The translations under genes and the position numbers were made by a program. Positions 1 through 10,625 of a stretch of DNA of 64,000 nucleotides are shown piece by piece. The notes beneath the pieces were generated by a model. The model worked only from the letters and a program-made list of their open reading frames with translations. It did not search any database and was not told where the DNA came from. The stretch's first letter is position 1; each line of letters begins with the position of its first letter. Source of the DNA: an uncultured delta proteobacterium (GTDB taxonomy: Bacteria; Desulfobacterota; Binatia; DP-6); the NCBI GenBank assembly GCA_963815115.1, contig CAWFFN010000012.1, positions 256,001 through 320,000 on the forward strand, read 5' to 3'.

Positions 1-269
1 CGGACGGTGACGCGGCCGAGGTGGCGATCCGTGACGATGGCCCCGGCATCCCGCCCGAGGTGATCGGTCGGATCTTCGATCCCTTCTTCACCACCAAGGA
101 CGTCGGCGGTGGCACCGGGCTCGGCCTCGCCATCAGCCACGGCATCGTCGCGGCGCACGGCGGACGGATCGACGTCGAGAGCAAGCCGGGCGCCGGCACC
201 ACCGTCCGCATCCGGCTGCCCATCGCCCAGGGCAAGTCGCTTGACAGCGTCGCGAGCGGAGGAAGATAG
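1..269 (+). CDS. Sensor histidine kinase, C-terminal HATPase_c domain (5'-truncated by window)
   Basis: G1/F/G2 boxes '[27 protein letters not shown]'; directly upstream of a response regulator. Confidence 0.93.
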   Translation, partial: DGDAAEVAIRDDGPGIPPEVIGRIFDPFFTTKDVGGGTGLGLAISHGIVAAHGGRIDVESKPGAGTTVRIRLPIAQGKSLDSVASGGR

Positions 270-279
270 AGGGCCGCGC

Positions 280-1686
<1,407 letters not shown>

Positions 1687-3020
1687 AGCCGCGCGGCCGG
1701 CCCACGATCAGGCTGGTGGTGTTGCCTCCGAAGCCGTGCGTGGTGATGAGCGCCGTGTGCAGCGGCGCGCGCCGCTCGGTGTGACGGACGACGTCGAGCC
1801 GGCACTCGGCGTCGGGCTGGTCGCAGTTCGTGGTGGGTGCAACCACACCGTCGCGCAGCGCGAGCAGCGCGGCGGTCGTCTGCAGGACGCCGGCCGCCGC
1901 CAGCGCGTGGCCGAGCGCGCCCTTGATGGACGTGACGGCGGGACGGCGGGCGCAACCGTCGAAGAGCGCGCTCAGCGCGCGCATCTCGGCGAGGTCCGTC
2001 ATCGGAGCGCCCGGGGCATGCGCGCTGACGTGGTCGACGTCGGCGGCAGTCCGGCCCGCGTCGTCGAGCGCCGCGGCCGCCGCCAGCAGGAAGCCGCGAC
2101 CCGAGGGATCCGTCTCGCCGACGTACGTCGGCCGATCCCGTCCGCAGCCGAACCCGAGCAGCTCGCCGTAGACGTTCGCGCCGCGCCGGACCGCCTGCTC
2201 GTATTCCTCGATGACGAGCATCGCCGACGCCTCGCCCAGCACGAGGCCGGCGCGATCGCGGTCGAACGGCCGTGAGGCGCTCCAGGGGCGCTCGTTGTCG
2301 TGCGCCAGGACGCCCGAGCGCGCGAAGCCGGCGAAGAGGAGAGGGGTGATGGGCGCGTCGGCGCCGCCTACCAGCGCGACGTCGAGCTCGCCGGCGCGAA
2401 TCTGCCTCGCCGCCGCGACGACGGCATCCGCTCCGGCCGGACACTCGGAGCTGAGCGTGACGATCGGCCCGGTGATGCCGAAGTCGCTCGCGGCCATGGC
2501 CGAGGCCGAGTGGGGCGAGGCGACGAACGGGAAGGTACGCGGCACGCTGCCGGGACCGTGCTGGCGGAAGAGCGCGCCGTGGTCCTCCTCGACCTGCGCG
2601 GCGCCAGCCGAGGTTCCCAGGAAGAATCCGGCACGCGGCGAGGCGAGCGAATCGCTGCCGAGGCGCGCGTCGTCCACCGCCAGCCGGGAGGCGGCGATGG
2701 TGAGCTGACAGAATCGGCCAGCGGTGCGGGCCTTCAGGGCGGTCATGAACCGGCGCGGCCGGAACTCGGGGATCTGGGCTGCGATGCGAACGGGATACTC
2801 GCGCACGTCGAAGCGGCTGACCGGACGGACGGCGGACTCGCCGCGGCGGAGCATGGTCCACAATGCGTCCGCGCCGATTCCGGACGGTGCCACCACGCCC
2901 AGACCCGTGACCACGACTCGCCGCCTGCTGATTCGCTCGCTTGCTGGCGTTCTGTTAGCTAGCGAGCGCCTAGCTAGCCAGCGCTCCTGTAAGCTTGGAT
3001 CCATCTTGCGTCCTGCGCCG

Positions 3021-3036
3021 TGCAAGGGCTGTGCCC
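3021..3036 (-). promoter_or_regulatory. Sigma54 (-24/-12) promoter facing the ketosynthase
   Basis: Minus strand reads GGGCACAGCCCTTGCA, i.e. GGCAC-N5-TTGCA with exact GG-N10-GC spacing. Confidence 0.75.
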
Positions 3037-3076
3037 TGGGGACGACCCAGCGATGGCGGCAATGGCGCGTGCTGGC

Positions 3077-3220
3077 TGGGAACCGGGGTTCCTCCAGGCG
3101 CGCCGCCGTGCGCCCGGGTGTTCTCAGATCGCAAGGCCGGCGACTTGCTCGCCTGGCGGCGGGCGCCGGGGGTGGGAACCGCCGTGCACGGTGGGAGGAA
3201 CCTGGGAACCACGGTTCCCA
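3077..3220. promoter_or_regulatory. Candidate enhancer (UAS) boxes for a sigma54 activator
   Basis: TGGGAACC-GG-GGTTCCTC (3077-3094), perfect TGGGAACC-AC-GGTTCCCA (3203-3220), half-sites TGGGAACC (3173-3180) and GAGGAACC (3195-3202), lying between two divergent sigma54 promoters. Confidence 0.65.
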
Positions 3221-3271
3221 TGTGGGGCCGAATGAAGCCCGAATCCTCCATCCCCCGGACCCCGTCGGGGA

Positions 3272-3287
3272 CGGCACGGCCGTTGCT
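3272..3287 (+). promoter_or_regulatory. Sigma54 (-24/-12) promoter facing a non-coding hairpin
   Basis: CGGCACGGCCGTTGCT matches YGGCACG-N4-TTGCW. Confidence 0.78.
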
Positions 3288-3297
3288 GAAATCGACC

Positions 3298-3428
3298 GTC
3301 AGGACAGCGCCCGTCGCGAAGCCTGTCCGGGAAGACAAAACGAGCCGCCCCCGGCCCGTTCCCTCCCCGGATTTTCCCGGACAGGCTTCGGGGCGGGTGC
3401 GCCGGCGGACGGGGCTCACGCCCTGAGC
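3298..3428 (+). ncRNA. Putative sigma54-dependent small RNA (long hairpin with C/U-rich loop)
   Basis: Perfect 17-bp inverted repeat 3317-3333/3374-3390, extended by 3307-3315/3392-3400 with G-U pairs valid only on the + strand; no ATG until 3433; ends estimated. Confidence 0.55.
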
Positions 3429-4231
3429 TACGATGGGTGAGGCGCCTCCGCCTGGCAGCACTCGCGGCGGGGGGCGCGGGCGACGCCGATGCGACCGTCC
3501 TCGGCCTGCACCGCGACCAGCACGTCGGCGCAGCGCCAGTGGATCTGGACGTTGTAGCGGCGTTCCCCGCGCTGGCGGACGTCGCCGGTGGTGCCGCCCT
3601 CGTGCTGGCGCAGCGTGGGGCAGTCGATGCTCTCGAGCACCTGGCGCGCCACCTCGGACGCGTCCGCCGAGAACGTCGCCAGGTCGAGCCGGCGCCACTC
3701 GAAGAAGAGCCACACGCAGCTCACCATGACCCCCAGGGGAACCGCCGTGAGCAACCTACCGAGCACGGGGCGACGATCGCGCAGCGACCACCACGAGGAC
3801 CGTGTCAGCTCGAAGGCGCTGAAGGTGTTGAACAGTCCCCGGCCCAGGAAGACGAAGGCGTACAGCCCGAGGCGCGAGTTCGGCCCCCAGTCGAGACGTT
3901 CGCTCCAGTCGAAGAGCTGGTAGACGTAGCGGGCGGGCGTCACGTGGATCCAGTCCGGCCCGATCGTCTTGAAGGTGGCGACGAGGAGCAGGCCGGACAG
4001 CGCCTTCGCGACGGCGATCCAGGGCACCGCAGGCGTGTCGCGCACGAAAGCCCAGAGAAACCACGCCTGCAGCGCGACGTACCCGAGCACGAAGAGGAGC
4101 GAGTCGTGATGCTCGAGGCGGTAGGCGGGGATGAGCAGCAGCGATCCCAGCACCGCCAGCGCGCTCAGCAGCGTCACTGCCGTGCCGAGGGCGTTCAGGA
4201 CGAGCAGCGCGCGACGCATCGGGCGCGTCAT
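3428..4231 (-). CDS. Hypothetical multi-pass membrane protein with Cys-containing C-terminal domain
   Basis: About 5 hydrophobic segments, typical high-GC codon use; start at 4231 or 4219. Confidence 0.7.
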   Translation of the reverse strand: MTRPMRRALLVLNALGTAVTLLSALAVLGSLLLIPAYRLEHHDSLLFVLGYVALQAWFLWAFVRDTPAVPWIAVAKALSGLLLVATFKTIGPDWIHVTPARYVYQLFDWSERLDWGPNSRLGLYAFVFLGRGLFNTFSAFELTRSSWWSLRDRRPVLGRLLTAVPLGVMVSCVWLFFEWRRLDLATFSADASEVARQVLESIDCPTLRQHEGGTTGDVRQRGERRYNVQIHWRCADVLVAVQAEDGRIGVARAPRRECCQAEAPHPS

Positions 4232-4337
4232 AGCGGGTCGCCTGCGGGCGCGCGACCGCCGCCTCGCGTGCCTTGACAATGCTTCCGCGGGTGGGGCAAA
4301 CCCTGTCGGTTTCCCATTTCCAAAGGAGGCATCTCGC

Positions 4338-5279
4338 ATGCTGCTCGACGGCAAGGTTGCAATCGTCACCGGCGCTGGCCGGGGCATCGGTAAGGAAGAA
4401 GCGTTGCTCATGGCCAAGCTGGGCGCCAAGGTCGTGGTGAACGACCTGGGGGCGCACTTCGACGGCACGGGAGCTCCCACCGGCACGCCCGCTCAGGAGG
4501 TCGTCGCCGAGATCAAGAAGATGGGCGGCGACGCCATCGCGAACGGCGACAACGTGGCCGACTTCAAGGCGGCGAAGAACATCGTCGACACCGCGCTGAA
4601 GACCTTCGGCAAGCTGAACATCGTGGTGAACAACGCCGGCATCCTGCGCGACCGCATGATCTTCAACATGGACGAGGAGAGCTGGGACGCGGTCGTGGCC
4701 GTGCACCTGAAGGGCACCTTCAACATGGCACGCCACGCCTGCGAGTACTGGCGCGAGCAGCACAAGAACGGCACCCAGCTGAACGGCCGCATCATCAACA
4801 CGGCGTCGGACGCAGGGCTGATCGGCAACGTCGGGCAGTCGAACTACGGCGCCTGCAAGGCGGCGGTCGCCGCCATGGCCATCATCATCGGCCAGGAGAT
4901 GAAGAAGTACGGCGTGACCGCGAACGCCATCGCGCCGGTGGCCCGGACGCGCCTCACGGTCGACGCCACGCCCAGCACCGCCGCGCTCATGGGCGGCGAG
5001 GTCGCGGCGGGCGAGTTCGACATGTTCAACCCGGCCAACATCGCGCCGCTGGTGGCGTGGCTGGCGAGCGACGACGCCGCGGGCTGCAACGGTCAGGTGT
5101 TCCGCGTCGGCGGCCGCAGCGTGTGGCCGATGAAGGGCTGGCACTCCGCGGCCCGCCTGAAGAACGAGAAGCCCGCGGCCTGGGACGCCGCCGCGCTGGG
5201 GACGGCGATCAAGGCCGAGCTCGCCAAGGGCATCACCAAGGGCGAGAACATGGGCGACGTGTTCGCCGGGGGTCTCTGA
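4338..5279 (+). CDS. Short-chain dehydrogenase/reductase (hydroxyacyl-CoA / hydroxysteroid dehydrogenase-like)
   Basis: 'TGAGRGIG', 'NNAGILRD', 'YGACK' (YxxxK); SD AAGGAGG. Confidence 0.93.
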   Translation: MLLDGKVAIVTGAGRGIGKEEALLMAKLGAKVVVNDLGAHFDGTGAPTGTPAQEVVAEIKKMGGDAIANGDNVADFKAAKNIVDTALKTFGKLNIVVNNAGILRDRMIFNMDEESWDAVVAVHLKGTFNMARHACEYWREQHKNGTQLNGRIINTASDAGLIGNVGQSNYGACKAAVAAMAIIIGQEMKKYGVTANAIAPVARTRLTVDATPSTAALMGGEVAAGEFDMFNPANIAPLVAWLASDDAAGCNGQVFRVGGRSVWPMKGWHSAARLKNEKPAAWDAAALGTAIKAELAKGITKGENMGDVFAGGL

Positions 5280-5280
5280 G

Positions 5281-5778
5281 GTGAGTTCCATGCCCGCCGT
5301 CGCCGCCCCGCGGCGGGTCCTCTTCGTCTGCCACGCCAACACGAGCCGCAGCATCATCGCCGAGGCGGTGCTGCTGCGGCTCCTGCGCGAGCGGGGCCTG
5401 GAGCGGGACGTGACCGTGAGCTCGGGGGGCATCGCGCCCTTCGCGCGCGACGGCAGCCTGGTATCGCTCGACGCCAAGTTCGTGCTCCAGGAGATCGGCA
5501 TCCCCGAGCCCCCCAAGCCCGGCGCGACCGACCTGAAGCGCAATCGCCATCTGCTCGGCGAGGCCGATCTCATCCTGGTGATGACGGAGGAGCAGCGCCG
5601 CATGCTGGCGGGCTTCGAGGAAGCGGCCGGCAAGCGGGTGCTCACGCTGCGCGAGCTGGCCGGGGAGCGCGGCGACATCGATGATCCGGCCATGAAGGAC
5701 GAGGATGTCTTCCGGCGCTGCCGGGACGAGATCGTGGAATGCCTGGAACGTGGCCTTCCGCGCTTGCTCGAGGAGTAG
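5281..5778 (+). CDS. Low-molecular-weight protein tyrosine phosphatase / ArsC-like
   Basis: P-loop 'FVCHANTSRS' (CX5R) and 'DIDDP'. Confidence 0.85.
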   Translation: MSSMPAVAAPRRVLFVCHANTSRSIIAEAVLLRLLRERGLERDVTVSSGGIAPFARDGSLVSLDAKFVLQEIGIPEPPKPGATDLKRNRHLLGEADLILVMTEEQRRMLAGFEEAAGKRVLTLRELAGERGDIDDPAMKDEDVFRRCRDEIVECLERGLPRLLEE

Positions 5779-5781
5779 CAG

Positions 5782-6165
5782 ATGGTGCTCGGCCTCTGGA
5801 AGAAGGCGCCCAAGCTCGAAGCCCACTTCACGCCGTCGCTGGCGGTGGCGCGCGAGCTGAAGAAGGAGGTCGAGGTCGCCGGCGAGCTCGTTCTTCGCAA
5901 CGCGGGCGGCGCGACCGAGGTGAGCGACCTCGAGACGGTGCTCGTGGCCGGCGGCACCCGGCGCATCGATCTCGAGCTGCCCGCCGCGTGGCGCGGCGCG
6001 CAGCACCTCGCGGCCGGCGCGGAGCTGCGCGTGAGCGTGGACTGGAAGGTGGCGCTGGCCGCGCCGATGCGCGCGCCGGCGGCGGAGATCCAGGTGAACA
6101 CGACGGCGGGCGGCAAGCGCACGCCGCTCTGTCTCAGCAACAAGTTCCCGCTCGCGAACGAGTAG
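5782..6165 (+). CDS. Hypothetical protein (beta-rich, 127 aa)
   Basis: SD GAGGAG, 3 bp after upstream stop, coding-like codon use. Confidence 0.75.
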   Translation: MVLGLWKKAPKLEAHFTPSLAVARELKKEVEVAGELVLRNAGGATEVSDLETVLVAGGTRRIDLELPAAWRGAQHLAAGAELRVSVDWKVALAAPMRAPAAEIQVNTTAGGKRTPLCLSNKFPLANE

Positions 6166-6171
6166 GCGGGA

Positions 6172-6206
6172 GAGACCCACCCGAGACTCCGTCTCGGGTC
6201 GGTCTC
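6172..6206. repeat. REP-like palindrome, copy 1 (possible bidirectional terminator)
   Basis: GAGACC-C-ACCCGAGAC-TCC-GTCTCGGGT-C-GGTCTC between convergent genes; core is the reverse complement of the copy at 23571. Confidence 0.7.
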
Positions 6207-6650
6207 CTATCCCGACGCCGGCGTCTCGATCACGGTGACGCGGTAGTCGGCGAACGGCGGCGTCTCCTCGTCGAGGAAGCTGCCGCGAAAGCGTTCCTCG
6301 GCTCCCGCCGCCAGCGGCTTCACCTTGCCGCTCTGGAGCGCGTCCTCCTGCTTCACGTCCGGGACCGCCAGGATCTCCGCGCTCTCGTTGTAGGTGTCGG
6401 TGGACGCCACGGGCTTGCCGTGCTCGTCGAGCGCCTCGATGCGGAGCTTCACCCAGCGCAGCGGATGGCCGCTGGTGTTCCGGAGCCGGCCGACCACGTT
6501 GTAGAACTTCGCGCCGTATCCCGACTCCCACTTGCCGTGGTGCTCGAGCACCACGGCGTCGGAGCCGCCGCCGCGCGCGCACGCTCCCGCCCACAGGGCG
6601 AGCGCGAGGACTGGCGCGATCGCGGTACCGAGTGCGCGCGGCGGCGCCAC
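6207..6650 (-). CDS. FxLYD-like domain lipoprotein
   Basis: Lipoprotein-like signal 'LALALWAGAC'; 'VVGRLRNTSG..WVKLRIEALDEHGKPV' pattern. Confidence 0.7.
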   Translation of the reverse strand: MAPPRALGTAIAPVLALALWAGACARGGGSDAVVLEHHGKWESGYGAKFYNVVGRLRNTSGHPLRWVKLRIEALDEHGKPVASTDTYNESAEILAVPDVKQEDALQSGKVKPLAAGAEERFRGSFLDEETPPFADYRVTVIETPASG

Positions 6651-6654
6651 CGCG

Positions 6655-7955
6655 TCAATCGGTCATGTGGGTCAGCGTGCGCAGCGAGAAGTAGTTCGGA
6701 TCCCAGTTCCGCTCGATGAACGAGGACTGGTAGCGGCCGCCCAGGGCAGCGCGGTTGGTCTTGTCGTTCACGCCGATCACGAAGTTGGGGTAGACCGCGG
6801 AGTAGGTCTCTCCGTCCTTGACGAAGTGGTAGCCGCAAGCGGCGGTGTAGAAGTACTCGCCGGCGCGGTTGTGCACCAGCTTCCAGTAGATGCGATAGAG
6901 ATCCTTGTCGAAGTACATGATCACCTTCCCGAAGTTGTAGTACGGGTCGGTCGACTGCCCCTCGACGATCCACACCTGTCGCGGCACGAAGACGACGTTG
7001 TCCTGCAGCCACCACGGGGCCCCCTTGCTGCCGGGCTTCTCGTACGTGGCCTGCTCGTACGGCGTCTCGACGGTGTAGCGCGACTTCGAGTCCGGCGAGG
7101 GCTTCATCGGGAAGGGATATGGCTGGACCACCGGGGCGAGGATGTTGCCCTCGCCGACCAGCTTCCACTGGTAGTACTCGACCTTCCCGGCGTAGCAGTT
7201 GAGGTCGTCGGCGAAGATGTCGAGCCCGGCGACGGGATCGGAGCGCGAGGCGGCGTTGATGCGGCGGGCGCGGCGCGTGCTCGGTACGTAGGCCCAGATG
7301 GCGTCCTGGCTGTCCCAGTCCCAGTACCGCTTCGTCAGGGTGGACACGCCCTCGACGTCCTGCGGCTCGATGGCGCCGCCGATGCCCTGCCCGGCGAGGT
7401 TGTCGGGATTGCTCTCGATCTTTCCGTCGCTGCGGCCCTGGTAGCCCATGGCATGGATGAACGCCTTCACGCGCCGGAATTCGCCGTTCGAGTCGACGCC
7501 GTTCAGCGTGAACGTGGCGCCTCCGCCGCCGCCCTGGGCGCCGGCGAAGTTGAAGTTCTGCGCGATCTTGCACGCCGCCAGCGGATCGCTCTTGTCGATC
7601 TTCGCGAACGGCAGGCCGTAGACGAAGTCGGGATCTTCCCCGTGGCCTTGTCCTTCAGCCCGCAATTCTTCGGCTCGATGTCGTACTTGCCCTCGTTGGC
7701 CGCCGTCGCGTCCCAGAACTTCTTCGAGTAGTTGTCCTTGAACTTGGCGGGATCCACCGGCACGACCTTGAACCAGTACTGCCCGTCCTTCAGGCGCTTC
7801 AGCACGGGGTCGGGCAGCAGGTCTTTCCCCTCTTGCCAGTTGTTGGCATCGAGCACCCACGGCTGATCGTCGCTCGCCGCATGCGCAGCCGGTAGCGCGG
7901 CCAGGCAGACCGTGGCGGCCAGGGCCAGCGCCGGGATGCGGAACGTGTTCGTCAT
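6655..7955 (-). pseudogene. DUF1329-family (LolA-like periplasmic) protein, frameshifted near 7630
   Basis: Signal-peptide ORF from ATG 7955 (SD GAGGAGG) runs to '..KATGKIP' and continues in another frame as 'DFVYGLPF..WAYVPSTRRARR..DPYYNFGK'; one inserted base restores a single ~430-aa ORF. Confidence 0.8.
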
Positions 7956-8011
7956 GAGACCTCCTCGAACTCTGGGAAGCATACCTGATTCGCCCCGGCG
8001 CCGTCTTCTTG

Positions 8012-8545
8012 TCAAGGTGTTGCCGTGGCTCCTCGAGCCGAACGGAGCTTGTCGAGTTCCCAACGGAGCAGCGAGCCGATGAGCAGCACGTCGGCCGCTC
8101 CGAACCGCCGCGCATAGACCCCGGTCCAGGCCGGGTTCCGGTTGCCGATGTCTAGGGCAAGCAGCTCGCGGCCCGTGTCATCCAGCACTCGCAGACGCTC
8201 CGGAGCCGGCGCGAGGCCGTACTCTGCGAGGTCGCCGTCGTTCACTGCGGCAACGGGGCGAGGGTGCAGCGACGCGAGCGCGTCGAGCGCAGCCTCGACG
8301 ACGTCGGTGGGCCACCGTTGACCCGCCGCGTCGACCCAACCAGCCGGGGTGCGCACGAGTGTGAGACGGTCCGCGCCGCGCTCCCATTCGACGCGCGCCA
8401 CCTTCGCGATCTCGGTATCGAGCAGCGGTGAGCCCTCGGGCAGCGGAGGCGGCGCGCTCGGGACCAGCGGACCTCCCGCGAGGAACGTGAAGGTGGCCAG
8501 GGCCGTTGCGATGAGCACGAGGACGGCCGTGCCGCGGACGGTCAC
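8012..8545 (-). CDS. DUF4340-like membrane-anchored periplasmic protein
   Basis: N-terminal TM, 'DLAEYGL', 'LDIGNRNP..GVYAR'; follows GldG-like gene with a GTGA overlap. Confidence 0.75.
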   Translation of the reverse strand: MTVRGTAVLVLIATALATFTFLAGGPLVPSAPPPLPEGSPLLDTEIAKVARVEWERGADRLTLVRTPAGWVDAAGQRWPTDVVEAALDALASLHPRPVAAVNDGDLAEYGLAPAPERLRVLDDTGRELLALDIGNRNPAWTGVYARRFGAADVLLIGSLLRWELDKLRSARGATATP

Positions 8546-9885
8546 GCGGTCCGTCTCCGGCGCAACGCAACGACGACCGCACCTGCCGCGAACAGCGCGG
8601 CGGGCAGCACGCATGCCGCCCAGAACACGGCCCGTGCCTCGCGCGCCGTGAGCACGAGTGTGGAGAACGGTCCGGAGTTTCTGGGCTGCCGGCGGGCCGC
8701 GGTCATGGCGTCCTGCGCGCGCGCGGCCAGCTCCGCCGCCACCAGCAGGAGGTCGCGATTGCCGAGCACGCCGAGATGAAGGTTGCTGATGAAGCCGGCG
8801 TCGCCGATCACCACCAGCCGTCCCTCGCGTCCTTCGGACCCGGGCACGCGTGCGATCGCGCCGACGGGCAGTGGCCCGCTCCGATCCGTCCCGGCGCGGA
8901 AGGAGCGCGACGATCCGGCGGGGCGACCACCGGTGTCGGCCCACGTCGTCTCGTCGGTCACCGCCAGGTACTCGGCATCGACGCCGGGGCGCTCCTCGAG
9001 ACGGATCGACTGGGCCAGCGGCAGCAGCGCGCTCGACGCGGGGGGGTCGGGCACGAGCTTCGGGTTCCAGTGCGCGATGCGTGCGGACAGGCCGTCGGCG
9101 CCGAAGAGGCGAGCGCCCTCGTCGACCACCACGTCGCGCTCCAGGATCATGCCGAAGCGCTCGAGCAGGCCCGCCACCGACTTCGGCGTCCCGGTATCCA
9201 CTAGGGCGAGCAGGCGGCCGCCGCCGCGCACGTAGGCGTCGAGCGCGTCCACCTCCGCCGGCGCCAGCTCGTGGGTCGGCCCGGCGAGCACGACCAGCCC
9301 CGCCTCGTCGGGGATGCGGGCGGCACCGGTCAGCACGCGGACGTCGAAGCCGTCGCCGGCGAGCGCCGCCGCGGCGTCGGCGGCCCCGGCACGGCCGTCG
9401 CCGTCGTGCACGTCCGGCTCACCGTGGCCCTGCACGACGTAGGCGATCGCCGTCTTCCGTCCCGCCACCGTCAGGAGCGCCTCGGTGACCGTGTCCTCGT
9501 TCACCGGGTCGACGCGCTCTCGCCGGTCTCCCGATTCCAGGACCAGCACGTTGTAGTTGCTGACGCCGAGGCGCTCGGCCTCGCCCGGGCTGCGATCGAG
9601 GTCGAGCAGGCGTACGGTGAGCGCGGGCTGCACGTCGCCGTAGAGCGCCAGGAGATCCGCGATCTGCTTGCGGGTGCCCTGGTCCTGGCCGGAGGCGAAG
9701 GCGGTCGCGGTGACCGGGTCACGGAGGCGTGACAGCACCTGACGGGTGTGGGGCGAGAGGGTGAGGCCGCCGTCCGGAGTGAGATCGAAGCGCAGCGGAT
9801 GGCGGCCGGCCAGAACCAGCAGGCTCGCGAGGATGGACGCGACCGCGAGGGCCTGCGCCCCGAGCAACACGAGCGGCCGGATCAA
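8542..9885 (-). CDS. GldG-like ABC transporter auxiliary component
   Basis: 'RFDLT....TLS..T', 'GHGE', 'LVVLAGP', 'GRLVVIGD..F.SN', N- and C-terminal TMs; TTG start overlaps upstream stop. Confidence 0.85.
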   Translation of the reverse strand: MIRPLVLLGAQALAVASILASLLVLAGRHPLRFDLTPDGGLTLSPHTRQVLSRLRDPVTATAFASGQDQGTRKQIADLLALYGDVQPALTVRLLDLDRSPGEAERLGVSNYNVLVLESGDRRERVDPVNEDTVTEALLTVAGRKTAIAYVVQGHGEPDVHDGDGRAGAADAAAALAGDGFDVRVLTGAARIPDEAGLVVLAGPTHELAPAEVDALDAYVRGGGRLLALVDTGTPKSVAGLLERFGMILERDVVVDEGARLFGADGLSARIAHWNPKLVPDPPASSALLPLAQSIRLEERPGVDAEYLAVTDETTWADTGGRPAGSSRSFRAGTDRSGPLPVGAIARVPGSEGREGRLVVIGDAGFISNLHLGVLGNRDLLLVAAELAARAQDAMTAARRQPRNSGPFSTLVLTAREARAVFWAACVLPAALFAAGAVVVALRRRRTA

Positions 9886-10625
9886 GAGACGCCCCGCCAG
9901 CTCCGCGCCCCCAGCGCACGCAGGCCGAGGAACAGGAAGAGGACGACGAAGGCGAGGAAGTAGGCCACGTCGCGGCTGTCGATGACGCCCTGGGCGAAGC
10001 CGTAGAAGCGGTCGAAGAGCGACAGGGCCACGACCACGGGCGCGAGGCGCTCGCTGAGCGCGGCCTCGTTCCAGGCGAGGTACCACGACAGCACCAGCAC
10101 GCCGTAGGTGAGGAGCGCGCTCACGCCCTGGCTGTCGGTGACCGATGACGCCGCCAGGCCGCAGGCGATGAACGCCGCCCCGAGCAGCACCATGCCGACG
10201 TACCCGGCCACCAGCGGCCCGGGCGGGAAGGGATGCGTCATCGACAGCGTCAGCGGGCCGATGAGCGTCGGCAGCTGCATCAGGGTGTACGCCGCCAGGG
10301 CGGCGAGGAACTTGCCCGCCACCACCTCGCCGTCGCGCACGGGGAAGGTCCACAGCAGCTCCAGCGTGCCCAGCTTCCGCTCCTCGGCGAACAGCCGCAT
10401 GGTGACCAGCGGCACCACCAGCATCGCCACCATGCGGTAGTCGAGGAAGACGTAGCGCCACAGGCCGGTGGCCAGGTTGGCGCCTCCGAAGAGCACGTAG
10501 AAGGTGAGGTCGCTGTAGAAGAAGTAGCCGGTGAGCATCGTGAAGACCGCACCGAGCACCCAGAAGAGCGGGCCGCCGAACATGGAGGCCAGCTCGCGAC
10601 GGGCGATCACGAGCGTCTTCCTCAC
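9882..10625 (-). CDS. ABC-2 type permease (GldF-like)
   Basis: 'IARREL', 'TMRLFAEERKLGTLELL.T.PV', 'GKFLA', six TMs. Confidence 0.9.
   Translation of the reverse strand: MRKTLVIARRELASMFGGPLFWVLGAVFTMLTGYFFYSDLTFYVLFGGANLATGLWRYVFLDYRMVAMLVVPLVTMRLFAEERKLGTLELLWTFPVRDGEVVAGKFLAALAAYTLMQLPTLIGPLTLSMTHPFPPGPLVAGYVGMVLLGAAFIACGLAASSVTDSQGVSALLTYGVLVLSWYLAWNEAALSERLAPVVVALSLFDRFYGFAQGVIDSRDVAYFLAFVVLFLFLGLRALGARSWRGVS

Noticed and set aside
2945-2960. TGGCGTTCTGTTAGCT as a third sigma54 promoter
   Set aside because: Spacing is right but the match is poor (no CAC, TAGC instead of TTGC) and it points at no gene
2957-3002. Clustered NheI, HindIII and BamHI sites resembling a cloning linker
   Set aside because: No vector sequence nearby; the region reads continuously into the KS gene and its promoter
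3077-3220. GGGAACC repeats as a mini-CRISPR or iterons
   Set aside because: Units are too short and irregularly spaced; no cas or rep gene
3298-3428. Hairpin RNA as 6S, SRP or tRNA
   Set aside because: Too short for 6S and lacks its central bubble; no SRP loop motif; no cloverleaf or GTTC T-arm context
7625-7645. Programmed -1 frameshift in DUF1329
   Set aside because: G GGG AAG is not a canonical X XXY YYZ slippery site; a simple single-base loss explains it
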